Positions 1 to 13,115 are shown, counted from the first letter of the stretch. The stretch is 64,000 nucleotides of DNA from Arenicellales bacterium (GCA_965214615.1 OZ243952.1:1539941-1603940); one strand, 5' to 3'. Numbers and translations are program-made. The notes: generated from the letters alone by a model not told the origin.

Positions 1-1565
1 TTTGCGTGCTGGAAGCGGGGCCGCCTGACGGCAGCTGGGAAATGCGCATGCCTGCGGCATTTTCGCGGCCGCTCAATAGCGATCGATTCAACTGGGCCTA
101 CCGGACGAAGCCTGAGATCTACATGAACAACCGCGTGCTCGATTGCCCGCGCGGCCGAGTCATCGGGGGTTCATCTTCCATCAACGGAATGTGCTACATA
201 CGCGGGCATGCGGCCGATTATGACCGATGGTCCGAGGAAACCGGCGACCCTTCGTGGACCTATGCACATTGCCTGCCGTACTTCCGCAAGGCCGAAACCC
301 GCGGCAAGGGCGCCGACGACTATCACGGTGGCAGCGGACCGCTGTACGTCACCACGCCGGATGCCGCCAATCCGCTGTATCAGGCATTCATTGAAGCCGG
401 AGTGCAGGCCGGATACCCTCATACCGAAGACCAGAACGGATATTGCCAGGAAGGCTTTGGCACAATGGATATGACGGTCCGCGAGGGCGTTCGCTGGAGC
501 GCCGCCAATGCCTATCTGCATCCGGCGTCAAAAAGGACGAATCTGGAAATTGTTTCGCGCGCCCTAGTGCTTCGCATACTCTTTAAACGCAATCGGGCCG
601 TTGGCGTAGAGTATTTTTCCAACGGCAAGGTTGAATCGGCGTTTGCCGAATCCGAGGTGCTGCTGAGCGCAGGCGCCGTCAATTCGCCGCAAATTCTGCA
701 ACTGTCCGGCATCGGCGATGCGGCGCATCTGCGCTCTCTGGAAATCCCGGTAATCGCCGAGGTTCCATCTGTGGGAGAGAACCTGCAGGATCATCTGGAA
801 GTATATATCCAGCACGAATGCAAACAGCCAGTGTCGTTGTATCCTGCGATGAAACTTCACCGTCAGGCAGCGGTACTGATTCAGTGGATGGCCACCAGAC
901 AGGGCTGGGGCGCATCGAATCACTTTGAAGCGGGCGGATTCATACGCAGCCGCGCAGGCGTTCGCCACCCGGATATTCAGTATCACTTTCTCCCGGTTGC
1001 CGCCAATTACGACGGAACGTCTCCGGCCACAGGGCATGGTTATCAGGCGCATATGGGGCCCATGCGACCGACGAGTTCAGGCCATGTGAGGATTGTTTCC
1101 AAAGACCCGCGCAAGCATCCTGAAATCCGCTTCAACTATTTGGAGACTTCAGGCGACCGGCGCGAGTTCCGTGACGGAGTGCGTCTGACACGCGAGATAT
1201 TCGCCCAAAGTGCGTTCGATGAATTTCGCGGCCCCGAACTGGCTCCGGGTCCGCGTGTGACAAGCGATGAAGGGATCGACGAATTCGTGCGCACGCATGC
1301 AGAAAGCGCCTACCACGCGTCGTGCACCTGCGCCATGGGCAAGGACGGCGCAGGCGTCGTCGACTCCGTCGGCCGGGTTCACGGCGTTGAAAATTTGCGC
1401 GTCGTGGATGCTTCCATCATGCCAAGCATCCCCAGCGGCAATTTGAATGCGCCGACAATCATGATGGCAGAAAAGCTTGCTGATGCAATCACCGGCGCAG
1501 ACGCTCTTGCGCCTTCAGACGCACCGGTATACTGTGCTCAAGATTGGCGCGACAGCCAAAGATAG
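1..1565 (+). CDS. betA: choline dehydrogenase (GMC oxidoreductase), 5' end lies outside the window
   Basis: The reading frame is open from the window edge. GMC signatures GGSSSINGMCYIRG, GENLQDHLE, HASCTCAMG and RVVDASIMP are present. The protein is collinear with E. coli BetA as I remember it, and the N-terminal FAD GxGxxG segment is missing. Confidence 0.85.
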   Translation, partial: CVLEAGPPDGSWEMRMPAAFSRPLNSDRFNWAYRTKPEIYMNNRVLDCPRGRVIGGSSSINGMCYIRGHAADYDRWSEETGDPSWTYAHCLPYFRKAETRGKGADDYHGGSGPLYVTTPDAANPLYQAFIEAGVQAGYPHTEDQNGYCQEGFGTMDMTVREGVRWSAANAYLHPASKRTNLEIVSRALVLRILFKRNRAVGVEYFSNGKVESAFAESEVLLSAGAVNSPQILQLSGIGDAAHLRSLEIPVIAEVPSVGENLQDHLEVYIQHECKQPVSLYPAMKLHRQAAVLIQWMATRQGWGASNHFEAGGFIRSRAGVRHPDIQYHFLPVAANYDGTSPATGHGYQAHMGPMRPTSSGHVRIVSKDPRKHPEIRFNYLETSGDRREFRDGVRLTREIFAQSAFDEFRGPELAPGPRVTSDEGIDEFVRTHAESAYHASCTCAMGKDGAGVVDSVGRVHGVENLRVVDASIMPSIPSGNLNAPTIMMAEKLADAITGADALAPSDAPVYCAQDWRDSQR

Positions 1566-1704
1566 CGCGGTATTTCGGAACCCTCGCGTCGGATGTCACT
1601 GCGACGCCGGCCCGAAGTCGATTCTGTACGCCGTGCGACTGAGGCGGCCATGCCGAAACTTTCTGCACGTCGGCGCTGCGCGTTCGAAACCGCGTAATTT
1701 ACCG

Positions 1705-1748
1705 CCGGCATGCGAATCCCGATGAATGGCGCATGCCGGTATTTTTTG
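1705..1748 (+). terminator. Rho-independent terminator after betA
   Basis: Perfect 10-bp stem ccggcatgcg/cgcatgccgg (1705-1714 and 1730-1739) followed by tattttttg. Confidence 0.6.
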
Positions 1749-2056
1749 TTGCAGAAAAATCCAACTGAATTTACAATACACGCTACGACGAAGTTGTTCG
1801 ATCAGCGTTTGTTTTTCAGCGTAGTACCAATGCACATTCAATAAGCGAATTCGATTAGGTCGAATGTTGATGGCGGCATCGCCCGTCGCCGGCATTTGAG
1901 TCGTCGATGACGAGTTCTGATTCGACTGGGAATTCCAGAACAGAGCCTCGCCTAGCGGGGTTTTTTGTTGGGTACGCAAGAGTGTCGCTGCAGCGCTTCG
2001 CAACTTGGCAGTTTGAACATGGTGTTGAACGAAGCGAACAGACGCATTTTTTGATT

Positions 2057-2527
2057 GTGTTGGGGACGAAGTTGGAACAGTTGCAGGCGATGCTTGACGA
2101 AAGCATCGACAGCTACGGATATGAATTGATCCATTTCGAGATGGGTGGACGCGAAAAGTCGAAGATTTTGCGTCTGTATATCGATGCGCCAGGCGGGGTG
2201 ACACTTGACGACTGCACGTTCGTCAGTCAGCAGGTGAGCAGATTGCTGGATGTCGAGGACCCGATTGCCGGCCAGTATACGCTCGAGGTTTCGTCGCCGG
2301 GAATTGACAGGCCGCTGGCGAAGCCGGAGCATTTCAGACAGGCCGTAGGAGAAAGGATCGAGGTGGTGACGCATCGAAAGTGCGTCGACAGAAGGAATTT
2401 TCTGGGAGACCTTCTGAGCGCAGGGGAATCTCAGATTGAATTGACGGTCGATGGCTCCGTCTATGTGATTGACTATTCGAACGTACGCAAGGCGAATTTG
2501 AAACCAAAGCCGGAACGATGGAATTAG
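2057..2527 (+). CDS. rimP: ribosome maturation factor RimP
   Basis: Contains the LEVSSPGIDRPL motif and lies directly upstream of nusA. The track ORF starts at 1907, but the alignment to RimP begins at TKLEQ, so the GTG at 2057 (or the TTG at 2060) is the likely start. Confidence 0.85.
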   Translation: MLGTKLEQLQAMLDESIDSYGYELIHFEMGGREKSKILRLYIDAPGGVTLDDCTFVSQQVSRLLDVEDPIAGQYTLEVSSPGIDRPLAKPEHFRQAVGERIEVVTHRKCVDRRNFLGDLLSAGESQIELTVDGSVYVIDYSNVRKANLKPKPERWN

Positions 2528-2542
2528 AGAGGCAGAATAGGC

Positions 2543-4039
2543 GTGACTAGCAATTTGCTCGCAATGGTACAGGTATTGTCCGACGAAAAGGGCCTGGAGA
2601 AAGAAGTGGTGTTCGAGGCGCTTGAAATAGCGCTCGCCGCCGCTGCGAGAAAAGGATACAAGGTGGACGTGGAAATCCGCGTACACATTGACCGCAGGTC
2701 GGGCGACTTTGACACCTTTCGCCGCTGGGAGGTTATTCCCGATACGGAGGAGGAAATTGAAAGTCCCGGCAGGCAGGTCACCGAATCGCAGGCGAAGCAG
2801 AACGGGTCCGAAGTCGAAGTCGGCGAGTTCATAGAGGAGCAGATTCCATCGGCGTCGATCGGGCGGATATCCGCTCAGACCGCCAAGCAGGTGATTATGC
2901 AAAAGGTGCGCGAGGCAGAGCGCGCACAAATTGTTGCAGAGTTTTCGCCCAAGATCGGAACCATGGTTTTCGGACAGGTCAAGCGGGTCGAGCGCGGTGA
3001 TCTGATTGTCGATATCGACGGGGTGGAGGCGATTCTCTATCGCAGCCTCAGCATTCCGCGAGAAGGGATGAAGATGGGTGACAGGCTTCGAGCCATACTC
3101 AAGGACGTGCGGGCCGATGCGCGCGGTCCGGCCCTGATATTGGACCGCACCGCGCCTGAACTTCTGGTCCAGCTGTTCAAGCTTGAAGTGCCCGAGTCCA
3201 GAGAGGGACTGGTTTCGATTATCGGAGCGGCGAGAGACCCCGGTTCTCGTGCCAAGATCGCAGTGCACTCCGACGATCCCAAAGTCGATCCGATAGGGGC
3301 CTGCGTAGGCTTGCGCGGCGCGCGCGTTCAGGCGGTTTCCAAGGAAATTGCCGGCGAACGCGTCGACATCGTCAGGTGGGCTGCGAATCCGGTTCAGTTC
3401 GTGATCAACGCGCTGGCGCCGGCGACGGTGCAGGCGATGGACGTGCTTGAAGAGTCGCAGACAATGAACGTCGTAGTCGACGATGACTCGCAGCTATCCC
3501 AGGCGATCGGAAAACACGGCCAGAATGTGCGCCTGGCGACAGAGCTTACAGGCTGGACGCTGAACATCATGACGAAGTTCGATGCCGAAGAGCAGGCTTC
3601 CGTGGTGGCTCGGGAAAAGGTGGAGAGGCTGATGAAAGTTCTCGATGTCGGTGAAAATGCTGCCGAGATACTGGTTCAGGAAGGCTATTCCACGCTAGAC
3701 GACATTGTGTTCGCCTCGCGCGAGAGCCTTTTGCATATCAGGGAGTTTGAAGACAAGGAGACGCTGGTGGACGAAATCGTCGACCGGGCTCAGAATGAGA
3801 TGCTGCTGCTGGCGATCGCCCGTGCGGAAACGCCGGACGATCAATCGCCGCAGGACGATCTTCTGACCATGGACGGCATGGACAGCGACACCGCGTGGCT
3901 GCTTGCCCGCAACGGCATCTACACGATGGAGGATCTTGCAGGATGCGATTTGGATGACCTGAATACGATGGGCATCCAGGAAGCGCGCGCGGGAAATTTG
4001 ATTATGACTGCGCGCAAGCCGTGGTTCGAAGAGCAATAG
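2543..4039 (+). CDS. nusA: transcription termination/antitermination factor NusA
   Basis: 498 aa. The N-terminus LLAMVQVLSDEKGLEKEVVFEALEIAL is NusA-like. S1 and KH segments (GACVGLRGARVQAVSKEIAGERVDIV) are present, and the gene sits between rimP and infB. Confidence 0.95.
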   Translation: MTSNLLAMVQVLSDEKGLEKEVVFEALEIALAAAARKGYKVDVEIRVHIDRRSGDFDTFRRWEVIPDTEEEIESPGRQVTESQAKQNGSEVEVGEFIEEQIPSASIGRISAQTAKQVIMQKVREAERAQIVAEFSPKIGTMVFGQVKRVERGDLIVDIDGVEAILYRSLSIPREGMKMGDRLRAILKDVRADARGPALILDRTAPELLVQLFKLEVPESREGLVSIIGAARDPGSRAKIAVHSDDPKVDPIGACVGLRGARVQAVSKEIAGERVDIVRWAANPVQFVINALAPATVQAMDVLEESQTMNVVVDDDSQLSQAIGKHGQNVRLATELTGWTLNIMTKFDAEEQASVVAREKVERLMKVLDVGENAAEILVQEGYSTLDDIVFASRESLLHIREFEDKETLVDEIVDRAQNEMLLLAIARAETPDDQSPQDDLLTMDGMDSDTAWLLARNGIYTMEDLAGCDLDDLNTMGIQEARAGNLIMTARKPWFEEQ

Positions 4040-4060
4040 CGTAGTTTGAGGCCGCATTCG

Positions 4061-6592
<2,532 letters not shown>

Positions 6593-6653
6593 TTCGCAGG
6601 CTGCCGGCTTTTCCGTTTTCGTGCTGCATTTTTATCTGTCTCCATGATTTGCC

Positions 6654-7034
6654 GTGTACAGTCCCGAATCAGATTCTACGGCGGGCGCCGACCGCACCCG
6701 CAAGGTTGCCTCAGTCGTGCATCGAGAAATCAGTGCGATCATTTCCAATGAAATGGCTGACCCGCGGGTCGCCTCGGTTACCGTAACTGATATCCGTATG
6801 TCCAAGGATTTAAAGCACGCCAGGGTCTTTCTGACCAGCCGTCTGCCCGGTCAGGAGCTGCAGCACGGAGTTGACGCATTGAATCGAGCGGCTGCATTTG
6901 TTCGGCGCCAGCTCGCCGCGCGTGTGAAGATGAAATATACCCCCGCTTTGAGATTCTGCGTCGATGTCTCGATTGAGCATGCCGGTCACGTAGCCGATCT
7001 GCTCAAAGGCGTTTCCGGACCAAATCCGAAATGA
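6654..7034 (+). CDS. rbfA: ribosome-binding factor A
   Basis: 126 aa. The RKVASVVHREISAIISNEMADPR...SKDLKHARVF pattern is RbfA-like, and the gene follows infB. Confidence 0.9.
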   Translation: MYSPESDSTAGADRTRKVASVVHREISAIISNEMADPRVASVTVTDIRMSKDLKHARVFLTSRLPGQELQHGVDALNRAAAFVRRQLAARVKMKYTPALRFCVDVSIEHAGHVADLLKGVSGPNPK

Positions 7035-7957
7035 ACAGGCGCAAGTCCGAAGCCTGTTCCGTCAATGGCGTCTTGCTGTTTGACAAGCCGCCTGGCGTCG
7101 GGTCCAACGAAGTGCTCAAGCGCGTCAAGCATCTGCTGTCGGCAAGCAAGGCCGGCCATACCGGCAATCTTGACCCGATTGCAACCGGACTGCTGCCGAT
7201 GTGCTTCGGTCAGTCCACCAAGGTGGCAGGCTATTTTCTCGATGCCGACAAGCGCTACAGTACGCGAATCAAGCTAGGTGAAACCACCGACACGGGTGAT
7301 TGTGCGGGAAAGGTGCTCGAACGGCGCGATGTCGACATTACTGAGCGTCAATTGCAGAAGGTGCTGGAGGGCTTTATTGGCGAGCAGGATCAGATCCCCC
7401 CGATGTATTCCGCTGTAAAGGTTCAGGGCCAGCGCCTCTACAAGTATGCGCGAAAGGGAGTTGAAGTCGAGCGCAAGCCGCGCCGCGTACAGGTGTACTC
7501 GCTGGAGTTGACCGACTGCGTCGGCGACATGTTCGAGATCGAAGTCCTGTGCTCAAGAGGATTCTACGTGCGCACCCTGGCCGAAGACATCGGAAAGGCG
7601 CTGGGCTGCGGCGGACATGTGGCTTCGCTCAGACGTCTCGGCGTAGGGCGCCTCGATATCGACGCAGGCGTGCAGCTGCATCGGCTGGAGTTGATGGAAT
7701 CACCGCAGGAGCGCCGCAGCCTGCTGATTCCGAGTGACGAGGCGCTAAGCCATCTGCCGAGGATTGATCTGAATATGGACGCCGCCTACTATCTGTGCCG
7801 CGGCCAGGCGGTGAGGGCGGACAATCTGCCAAGCGACGGCACGGTCCGTCTGTACGAAAATTCTATCGGATTTCTCGGCATCGGCACATCATTGGGCGAC
7901 GGCCGCGTCGCGCCCAAACGACTTTTTCATGCACCGGACAAGGCTTCTCAGTTATGA
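7031..7957 (+). CDS. truB: tRNA pseudouridine-55 synthase TruB
   Basis: Contains GHTGNLDPIATGLLP with the catalytic Asp. ATGA start/stop overlap with rbfA. Confidence 0.95.
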   Translation: MNRRKSEACSVNGVLLFDKPPGVGSNEVLKRVKHLLSASKAGHTGNLDPIATGLLPMCFGQSTKVAGYFLDADKRYSTRIKLGETTDTGDCAGKVLERRDVDITERQLQKVLEGFIGEQDQIPPMYSAVKVQGQRLYKYARKGVEVERKPRRVQVYSLELTDCVGDMFEIEVLCSRGFYVRTLAEDIGKALGCGGHVASLRRLGVGRLDIDAGVQLHRLELMESPQERRSLLIPSDEALSHLPRIDLNMDAAYYLCRGQAVRADNLPSDGTVRLYENSIGFLGIGTSLGDGRVAPKRLFHAPDKASQL

Positions 7958-7968
7958 TATGCACATAT

Positions 7969-8001
7969 TGCGGCGGTTACGCGCTAGGCTCCGCCGCATT
8001 T
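7969..8001 (+). terminator. possible terminator hairpin after truB
   Basis: 8-bp stem tgcggcgg/ccgccgca with a 14-nt loop, followed only by ttt. The T-tract is weak. Confidence 0.35.
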
Positions 8002-8059
8002 GCACATATGCACAATCCAGTTCCGGACTATTGTTCTTACCAAATGAGTGTTTGAAATT

Positions 8060-8329
8060 ATGGCTTTAACCATTGCTACAAAGGCAAAAGTCGTCGGCGA
8101 CTACCGGCGAAGCGATAACGATACCGGCTCGCCGGAGGTTCAGGTCGCGCTGCTGACTGAAAGAATTCGCGGTCTTACCGACCACTTCAGGCAGCATACG
8201 CACGACCATCATTCCCGGCAAGGATTGCTTCGCATGGTGAACAGAAGACGCAAACTGCTGAACTACCTTCGAAACAATGATCCTGAAAAGTATAGGGAAT
8301 TGATCGGAAGGCTCGGATTGCGCAAGTAG
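8060..8329 (+). CDS. rpsO: 30S ribosomal protein S15
   Basis: The translation [12 protein letters not shown]...[14 protein letters not shown]...[20 protein letters not shown] is classic S15. The ATG at 8060 lies inside the track ORF that starts at 8048. Confidence 0.95.
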   Translation: MALTIATKAKVVGDYRRSDNDTGSPEVQVALLTERIRGLTDHFRQHTHDHHSRQGLLRMVNRRRKLLNYLRNNDPEKYRELIGRLGLRK

Positions 8330-8357
8330 CCGCGTAAAATACCATTAGGCAAGAGAA

Positions 8358-10451
8358 ATGAGTGATTATTCAGAAGTGCGCTTCCAATACGGCGCAGACG
8401 AAGTAAGATTGGAAACCGGAAGAATCGCACGCCAGGCGACCGGAGCTGTACTGGCAAGCATGGGCGATTCATCGGTTCTGGTCACAGCAGTTGTCGACTC
8501 GAGTTCACAGCGTTTCGGATTTCTTCCGCTCACTGTCGAGTACGAAGAGCGCACTTATGCGGCGGGCAGGATTCCGGGAGGCTTTTTCAAGCGCGAAGGC
8601 CGACCGTCGGAAAAAGCAATACTCACATGCCGGCTGATCGACCGGCCGATGCGACCTTTGTTTCCCAAAGGCTTTTCGCACGAAATCCAGATCATTGCTA
8701 CCGTCATGTCGGTAGACCCGAATATCAATCCCGACATCCTCGCGATGCTCGGCGCATCGGCTGCGGTTGAATTGTCCGGAATGCCGTTTAATGGCGTAGT
8801 TGCCGCGGCGAGAGTGGGCTTCGCAAACGGCGAGTACGTACTCAATCCCTACTCCGACGCGCCGCAGGCAGGTTCAAAGCTGGACCTCGTGGTTGCCGGA
8901 ACCCGGGATGCGGTGCTTATGGTGGAGTCTGAAGCGCAGATGCTTTCCGAAGATGAAATGCTCGGCGCGGTGATGTTCGGCCATCAGAATATGCAGGTGG
9001 CAATCGAGGCGATCTCGGAATTGGCAGCCAAGGCTGGCAAGCCCAAGTGGGACTGGCAGCCGGAAGCTGGAAACGCCGGAGTCGCGGAACGGGTCGAATC
9101 CCTGGGACGCGAGAAGATCGAGTCTGCCTACACCATAGCCGAAAAGACGGTCCGTCAGGACAAGCTCTCAGAAGTCCGCGACGAGGTGGTCGGCAGCTTC
9201 GATCTGGAAAATTCGCCGGAAATTGAAGAATCCGAAATCTATGATGCGATCAAGGCCGTTGAATCGAGCGTGGTTCGAAAGCGCATTCTTGACGGCGAAC
9301 CGCGCATTGACGGCCGCGATACCAAGACAGTGCGCCCGATCGACATTCGCACGCAAGTGTTTCCGCGCACCCACGGTTCGGCCATATTCACGAGGGGCGA
9401 GACTCAGGCGATGGTGATTACGACACTTGGCTCCGAGCGCGACTCGCAGATCATCGACTCAATCGAAGGCGAGTATCGTGACCCGTTCCTCCTGCATTAC
9501 AACTTCCCGCCGTACAGCGTCGGAGAGACCGGACGTGTCGGTTCGCCGAAGCGCCGCGAAATCGGGCACGGACGCTTGGCCAAAAGGGCGATCGCTCCGG
9601 TATTGCCAAGCCGCGAGAGCTGTCCGTACGTGATTCGCCTGGTTTCGGAAATTACCGAATCAAACGGGTCAAGTTCAATGGCTACCGTTTGCGGAGCGAG
9701 CCTTTCGCTTATGGATGCCGGTGTTGAAATTGCCGCTCCTGTTTCCGGGGTTGCCATGGGGCTGATCAAGGAAGGCGACAAGTTCGAAATCCTGACTGAC
9801 ATTCTCGGCGACGAGGATCACCTCGGCGATATGGATTTCAAGGTTGCGGGAACCGAGGACGGAATCACCGCGCTTCAAATGGATATCAAGATCGCCGGCA
9901 TTACCGAACAAATTATGCGGGTTGCACTGGATCAGGCAAAACAGGCCCGGTTGCACATTCTTGGAGAAATGGCCCTCGTGCTGTCCAAGCCCCGTGAAGA
10001 AATGTCTGAATATGCGCCGCGCATCATTACGATGCAGATCAGTCCGCAAAAAATCCGCGACGTGATCGGCAAAGGCGGATCAACCATACGAGCCCTTACG
10101 GAAGAGACCGGTGCTGTGATTGACGTGTCGGATGACGGATTGATTCGAATCGCGTCAGTCGACCGCTCCGGCGGTGAATCGGCAAGGGAGCGTATAAAGC
10201 AAATTACCTCCGACGTCGAAGTCGGCATGATTTACGAAGGTGCTGTCGTCAAGCTGACGAATTTCGGCGCGTTTGTGAACATCATGCCTGGCAGAGACGG
10301 ACTCGTCCATATCTCTCAGATTTCGCGTGACCGGGTAAATCAGGTCAGCGACGTGCTGAGCGAGGGTGACGTAGTCAAGGTAAAAGTTCTGGATGTTGAC
10401 ACTCAAGGTCGCATTCGATTAAGCATGAAAGCGATAGGAGAAGCAGCATAA
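8358..10451 (+). CDS. pnp: polyribonucleotide nucleotidyltransferase (PNPase)
   Basis: 697 aa with two RNase PH-like halves ([16 protein letters not shown]), a KH segment ([15 protein letters not shown]) and a C-terminal S1 domain. Confidence 0.97.
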   Translation: MSDYSEVRFQYGADEVRLETGRIARQATGAVLASMGDSSVLVTAVVDSSSQRFGFLPLTVEYEERTYAAGRIPGGFFKREGRPSEKAILTCRLIDRPMRPLFPKGFSHEIQIIATVMSVDPNINPDILAMLGASAAVELSGMPFNGVVAAARVGFANGEYVLNPYSDAPQAGSKLDLVVAGTRDAVLMVESEAQMLSEDEMLGAVMFGHQNMQVAIEAISELAAKAGKPKWDWQPEAGNAGVAERVESLGREKIESAYTIAEKTVRQDKLSEVRDEVVGSFDLENSPEIEESEIYDAIKAVESSVVRKRILDGEPRIDGRDTKTVRPIDIRTQVFPRTHGSAIFTRGETQAMVITTLGSERDSQIIDSIEGEYRDPFLLHYNFPPYSVGETGRVGSPKRREIGHGRLAKRAIAPVLPSRESCPYVIRLVSEITESNGSSSMATVCGASLSLMDAGVEIAAPVSGVAMGLIKEGDKFEILTDILGDEDHLGDMDFKVAGTEDGITALQMDIKIAGITEQIMRVALDQAKQARLHILGEMALVLSKPREEMSEYAPRIITMQISPQKIRDVIGKGGSTIRALTEETGAVIDVSDDGLIRIASVDRSGGESARERIKQITSDVEVGMIYEGAVVKLTNFGAFVNIMPGRDGLVHISQISRDRVNQVSDVLSEGDVVKVKVLDVDTQGRIRLSMKAIGEAA

Positions 10452-10717
10452 TGCGACCAAAACAAGATATATCCGGCGTTGAAGTCGGAAAAATTTACGA
10501 AGGTACCGTAGTCAAATTGATGAATTTCGGTGCGTTTGTGAACATCATGCCCGGCAAAGACGGGCTCGTACATATATCCGAGATTTCGCGCAACCGCATC
10601 AAGCAAGTCAGCGATGTGCTGAACGAGGGCGATGTCATCAACGTGAAAGTTCTGGATGTCGATGCCCAGCAGGGCCGCATCCGATTGAGCATGAAGGCAA
10701 TCGAAGAGGCGGAGTAG
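10451..10717 (+). CDS. stand-alone S1 RNA-binding domain protein, paralogous to the PNPase C-terminus
   Basis: 88 codons. The ATG overlaps the pnp TAA (taatg). The protein aligns over its whole length with the last ~79 residues of PNPase: [37 protein letters not shown]... against [37 protein letters not shown]... Confidence 0.7.
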   Translation: MRPKQDISGVEVGKIYEGTVVKLMNFGAFVNIMPGKDGLVHISEISRNRIKQVSDVLNEGDVINVKVLDVDAQQGRIRLSMKAIEEAE

Positions 10718-10813
10718 CCAAAGAGTGCAGCCGCCGGGAAGGCTGTTGCATCAGATCCGGAGGCAGTTGATTCTGCCTTCGGGTTCAGTTCTCTAAAGAT
10801 CGGCCCGCATCTG

Positions 10814-11257
10814 ATGAAGGTTTTGGCGCAGCGCGTCTCCGCCGCGTCAGTCTCAGTCGAAGGCGAAAGCGTCGGGGCAATAGGCGAAGGACTTCTGCTT
10901 TTCGTAGGATTCCGCAAAGGTGACGTCAGCGACAGCTTGGAGCGCCTTGCCCAAAAGGCTGTCAATCTGAGAATTTTCGAGGACGGCAGCGGCCGTTTGA
11001 ACCATTCCGTGCTGGATGTCGGTGGCGATATCCTCGCCGTGCCTCAATTTACCCTCTACGCCGACACCGGGCGCGGGCGTCGCCCGGACTTCGTCAATGC
11101 GATGCCGCCGGGCGAAGCTAGTCCGATGTTCGATGCCTACGTCGCAGCGCTGGCCGATGTGCTTGGCAAGCCTGTCGCGACAGGCGTGTTCGGCGCGAAT
11201 ATGGATGTGGCGCTGGTAAACAGCGGCCCGTTTACGATAATGCTGTCGCACCCGTAG
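10814..11257 (+). CDS. dtd: D-aminoacyl-tRNA deacylase
   Basis: 147 aa. The pattern MKVLAQRV...VPQFTLYADT..GRRP.F...SGPFTI is Dtd-like. Confidence 0.9.
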   Translation: MKVLAQRVSAASVSVEGESVGAIGEGLLLFVGFRKGDVSDSLERLAQKAVNLRIFEDGSGRLNHSVLDVGGDILAVPQFTLYADTGRGRRPDFVNAMPPGEASPMFDAYVAALADVLGKPVATGVFGANMDVALVNSGPFTIMLSHP

Positions 11258-11267
11258 CGGACGGGGC

Positions 11268-12593
11268 CTAATTGAACCGAATTCTTTTTCCGCGAACGTT
11301 TTCGCGAATTTTGCCATCGCTGCAGGCGACCTGTCCGCCCACAATGGTCCATAGAGGCTTGGCTGCCGCACTGCGGCCGTGAAACGGTGTCCAGCCGACC
11401 TTGGTGAACATGTCTTGGTCCCTGATCTCCCACTCGCGGTCCGGATCAATGATCGCAATGTCCGCATCGTAGCCTTCGGCCAGCATTCCCTTTCCCTGCA
11501 TGCGGTATGCCTCGGCAGGACCGCGGCACAGCCACTTCAAGACTTGCGCCAAAGTGCACCTGCCTTCCTTCCATGCTGTGAGCATAAGCGGAAGCAATGT
11601 CTCGACGCCCGGCATTCCGGATGGTGAGTTCGGGTAGGGCTTCGATTTTTCTTCAAGCGTATGCGGTGCGTGGTCGGTGGCGATAAAATCAATCGTTCCA
11701 TCGTGCAATCCGGCCCACAGCTCATCCTGGTCCGCCTGGGACCGGATCGGCGGATTCATCTGCATTCTAGTACCAAGCCGGTCGTAGTCCTGCTCAGTCA
11801 GAAACAGGTGCTGCGGCGGACATTCGACAGTGATGTGCTCGGTCTTGTTTTTCCGAAGATATTCGACTTCCGCCGCGGAGGTCAGATGCAGGATGTGCAG
11901 ACGCCGGCTGTATTCGTGCGACAGCCGTACCGCTGTCTGGGTGGCAAGCAGCGCGCACTCGGTGTCGCGGATTGCCGTATGGGTTCTCGGGTTGCCCTGA
12001 GTCTCAGGCAAGTTCGAGAATTGCTCGGTGCGGCTGCGAATGCGCTGCTCGTCTTCGGCGTGAACAGCGATCAGCCGTTCGCCGTTGCCGAAGATGTTTC
12101 GCAAATCGGATTCTTCGTGTACCAGCAATGTCCCGGTGCTGGACCCCATGAACACCTTGATTCCGCAAACCGGCCCGCACCGGTTCAGATTGTCCAGGTT
12201 GCCGGGGGTGGCGCCGATGAAGAATCCGTAGTTTGCCGGCGAGCAACCGGCAGCGCGCTCAAGCTTGGCATTCAGCGCTGTCTGATCGATGGTTGCCGGC
12301 CTGGTGTTCGGCATCTCCAGGAAGCTGGTAACCCCGCCGCTGACCGCAGCGCGCGAACCGCTTGCCAGATCTTCCTTGTGTGTCGCGCCCGGGTCCCGGA
12401 AGTGAACCTGGGCATCGATGGCGCCAGGCATCGCGAGACAGCCCGCCGCATCAATGTGCTCGCCGGCATTGGCGTCGATCGACGGAGCGATCAGCTCAAT
12501 TCGACCGTCGGCGCAGGCGATGTCCGCTTCGCTTGTGCTTCCGTCGGGAGTGACTGCAAGCGCATTGCGAATGATCGTGCTGTACGATTTCAA
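11268..12593 (-). CDS. dihydroorotase-family cyclic amidohydrolase
   Basis: 441 aa with the amidohydrolase motifs QVHFRDPG and ATDHAPH. Overall layout matches a type I dihydroorotase or allantoinase-like enzyme. Confidence 0.75.
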   Translation of the reverse strand: MKSYSTIIRNALAVTPDGSTSEADIACADGRIELIAPSIDANAGEHIDAAGCLAMPGAIDAQVHFRDPGATHKEDLASGSRAAVSGGVTSFLEMPNTRPATIDQTALNAKLERAAGCSPANYGFFIGATPGNLDNLNRCGPVCGIKVFMGSSTGTLLVHEESDLRNIFGNGERLIAVHAEDEQRIRSRTEQFSNLPETQGNPRTHTAIRDTECALLATQTAVRLSHEYSRRLHILHLTSAAEVEYLRKNKTEHITVECPPQHLFLTEQDYDRLGTRMQMNPPIRSQADQDELWAGLHDGTIDFIATDHAPHTLEEKSKPYPNSPSGMPGVETLLPLMLTAWKEGRCTLAQVLKWLCRGPAEAYRMQGKGMLAEGYDADIAIIDPDREWEIRDQDMFTKVGWTPFHGRSAAAKPLWTIVGGQVACSDGKIRENVRGKRIRFN

Positions 12594-12668
12594 AATATGT
12601 CTTCCGCGCAGCCAGGCCGGGATATCCGCATCCTCCGATGCTCGCGCATCTTCGGCAGCATTGCGGAT

Positions 12669-13115
12669 TCAGCCCTGACGGCGCTCCTTCAGTTCATCCA
12701 GAGTCTTGCAATCGACGCATAATGTCGCAGTCGGGCGCGCCTCAAGACGCCGCAGCCCGATCTCTACGCCGCAACTCTCGCAGAACCCGTAATCGTCCTT
12801 TTCCAGACGATAGATCGAATCGTCGATCTTGCGAATCAGCCTTCGGCCCCGGTCGCGGTTTCGAAGCTCGATTGACATGTCAGTTTCCTGACTCGCCCGA
12901 TCGGTGGGATCGGGATGGCTGATGGTGTCATCCTGCAAGGCATGCACTGTGCGCGAAGTCTCGGATATAAGCTTCTGGCGCCAGGATTGCAAGATAGTTA
13001 GAAAATGCTGTCTTTGCTGTTCGTTCATATATTCCTCGCCGTTTCCCGGCTCGTACGGAGGAATCGTATGAGATGCCTGCAAAATCTGCTCAATTGATAA
13101 ATTATCAGTGCCCAT
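12669..13115 (-). CDS. dksA: RNA polymerase-binding transcription factor DksA
   Basis: 148 aa with the C4 zinc finger CESCGVEIGLRRLEARPTATLCVDCK and a coiled-coil N-terminal part. Confidence 0.9.
   Translation of the reverse strand: MGTDNLSIEQILQASHTIPPYEPGNGEEYMNEQQRQHFLTILQSWRQKLISETSRTVHALQDDTISHPDPTDRASQETDMSIELRNRDRGRRLIRKIDDSIYRLEKDDYGFCESCGVEIGLRRLEARPTATLCVDCKTLDELKERRQG

Noticed and set aside
1952-3268. Long antisense ORFs in the track. This 438-aa ORF lies opposite rimP/nusA. Similar cases are 4418-5719 opposite infB, 11661-12722 opposite the dihydroorotase-like gene and 24686-25507 opposite acnA. Others are 26618-27418 opposite the rpn-like gene, 36759-37625, 38064-38819, 39408-40022, 43469-44746 and 60283-61035.
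   Set aside because: In every case the opposite strand encodes a protein with unmistakable family motifs. The antisense translations are Arg/Ser/Pro-rich and low-information, as is typical of shadow ORFs in GC-rich coding DNA.
12400-12440. The dihydroorotase-like protein has Q-V-H (DAQVHFRDPG) where many dihydroorotases have H-x-H. This could suggest a non-catalytic PyrC-prime.
   Set aside because: The other metal-site motifs, such as DHAPH, are present. I recall QVHF(R/E)EPG as a normal variant in one recognised dihydroorotase subclass, so by itself this is not evidence of inactivity. It would need an alignment to settle.
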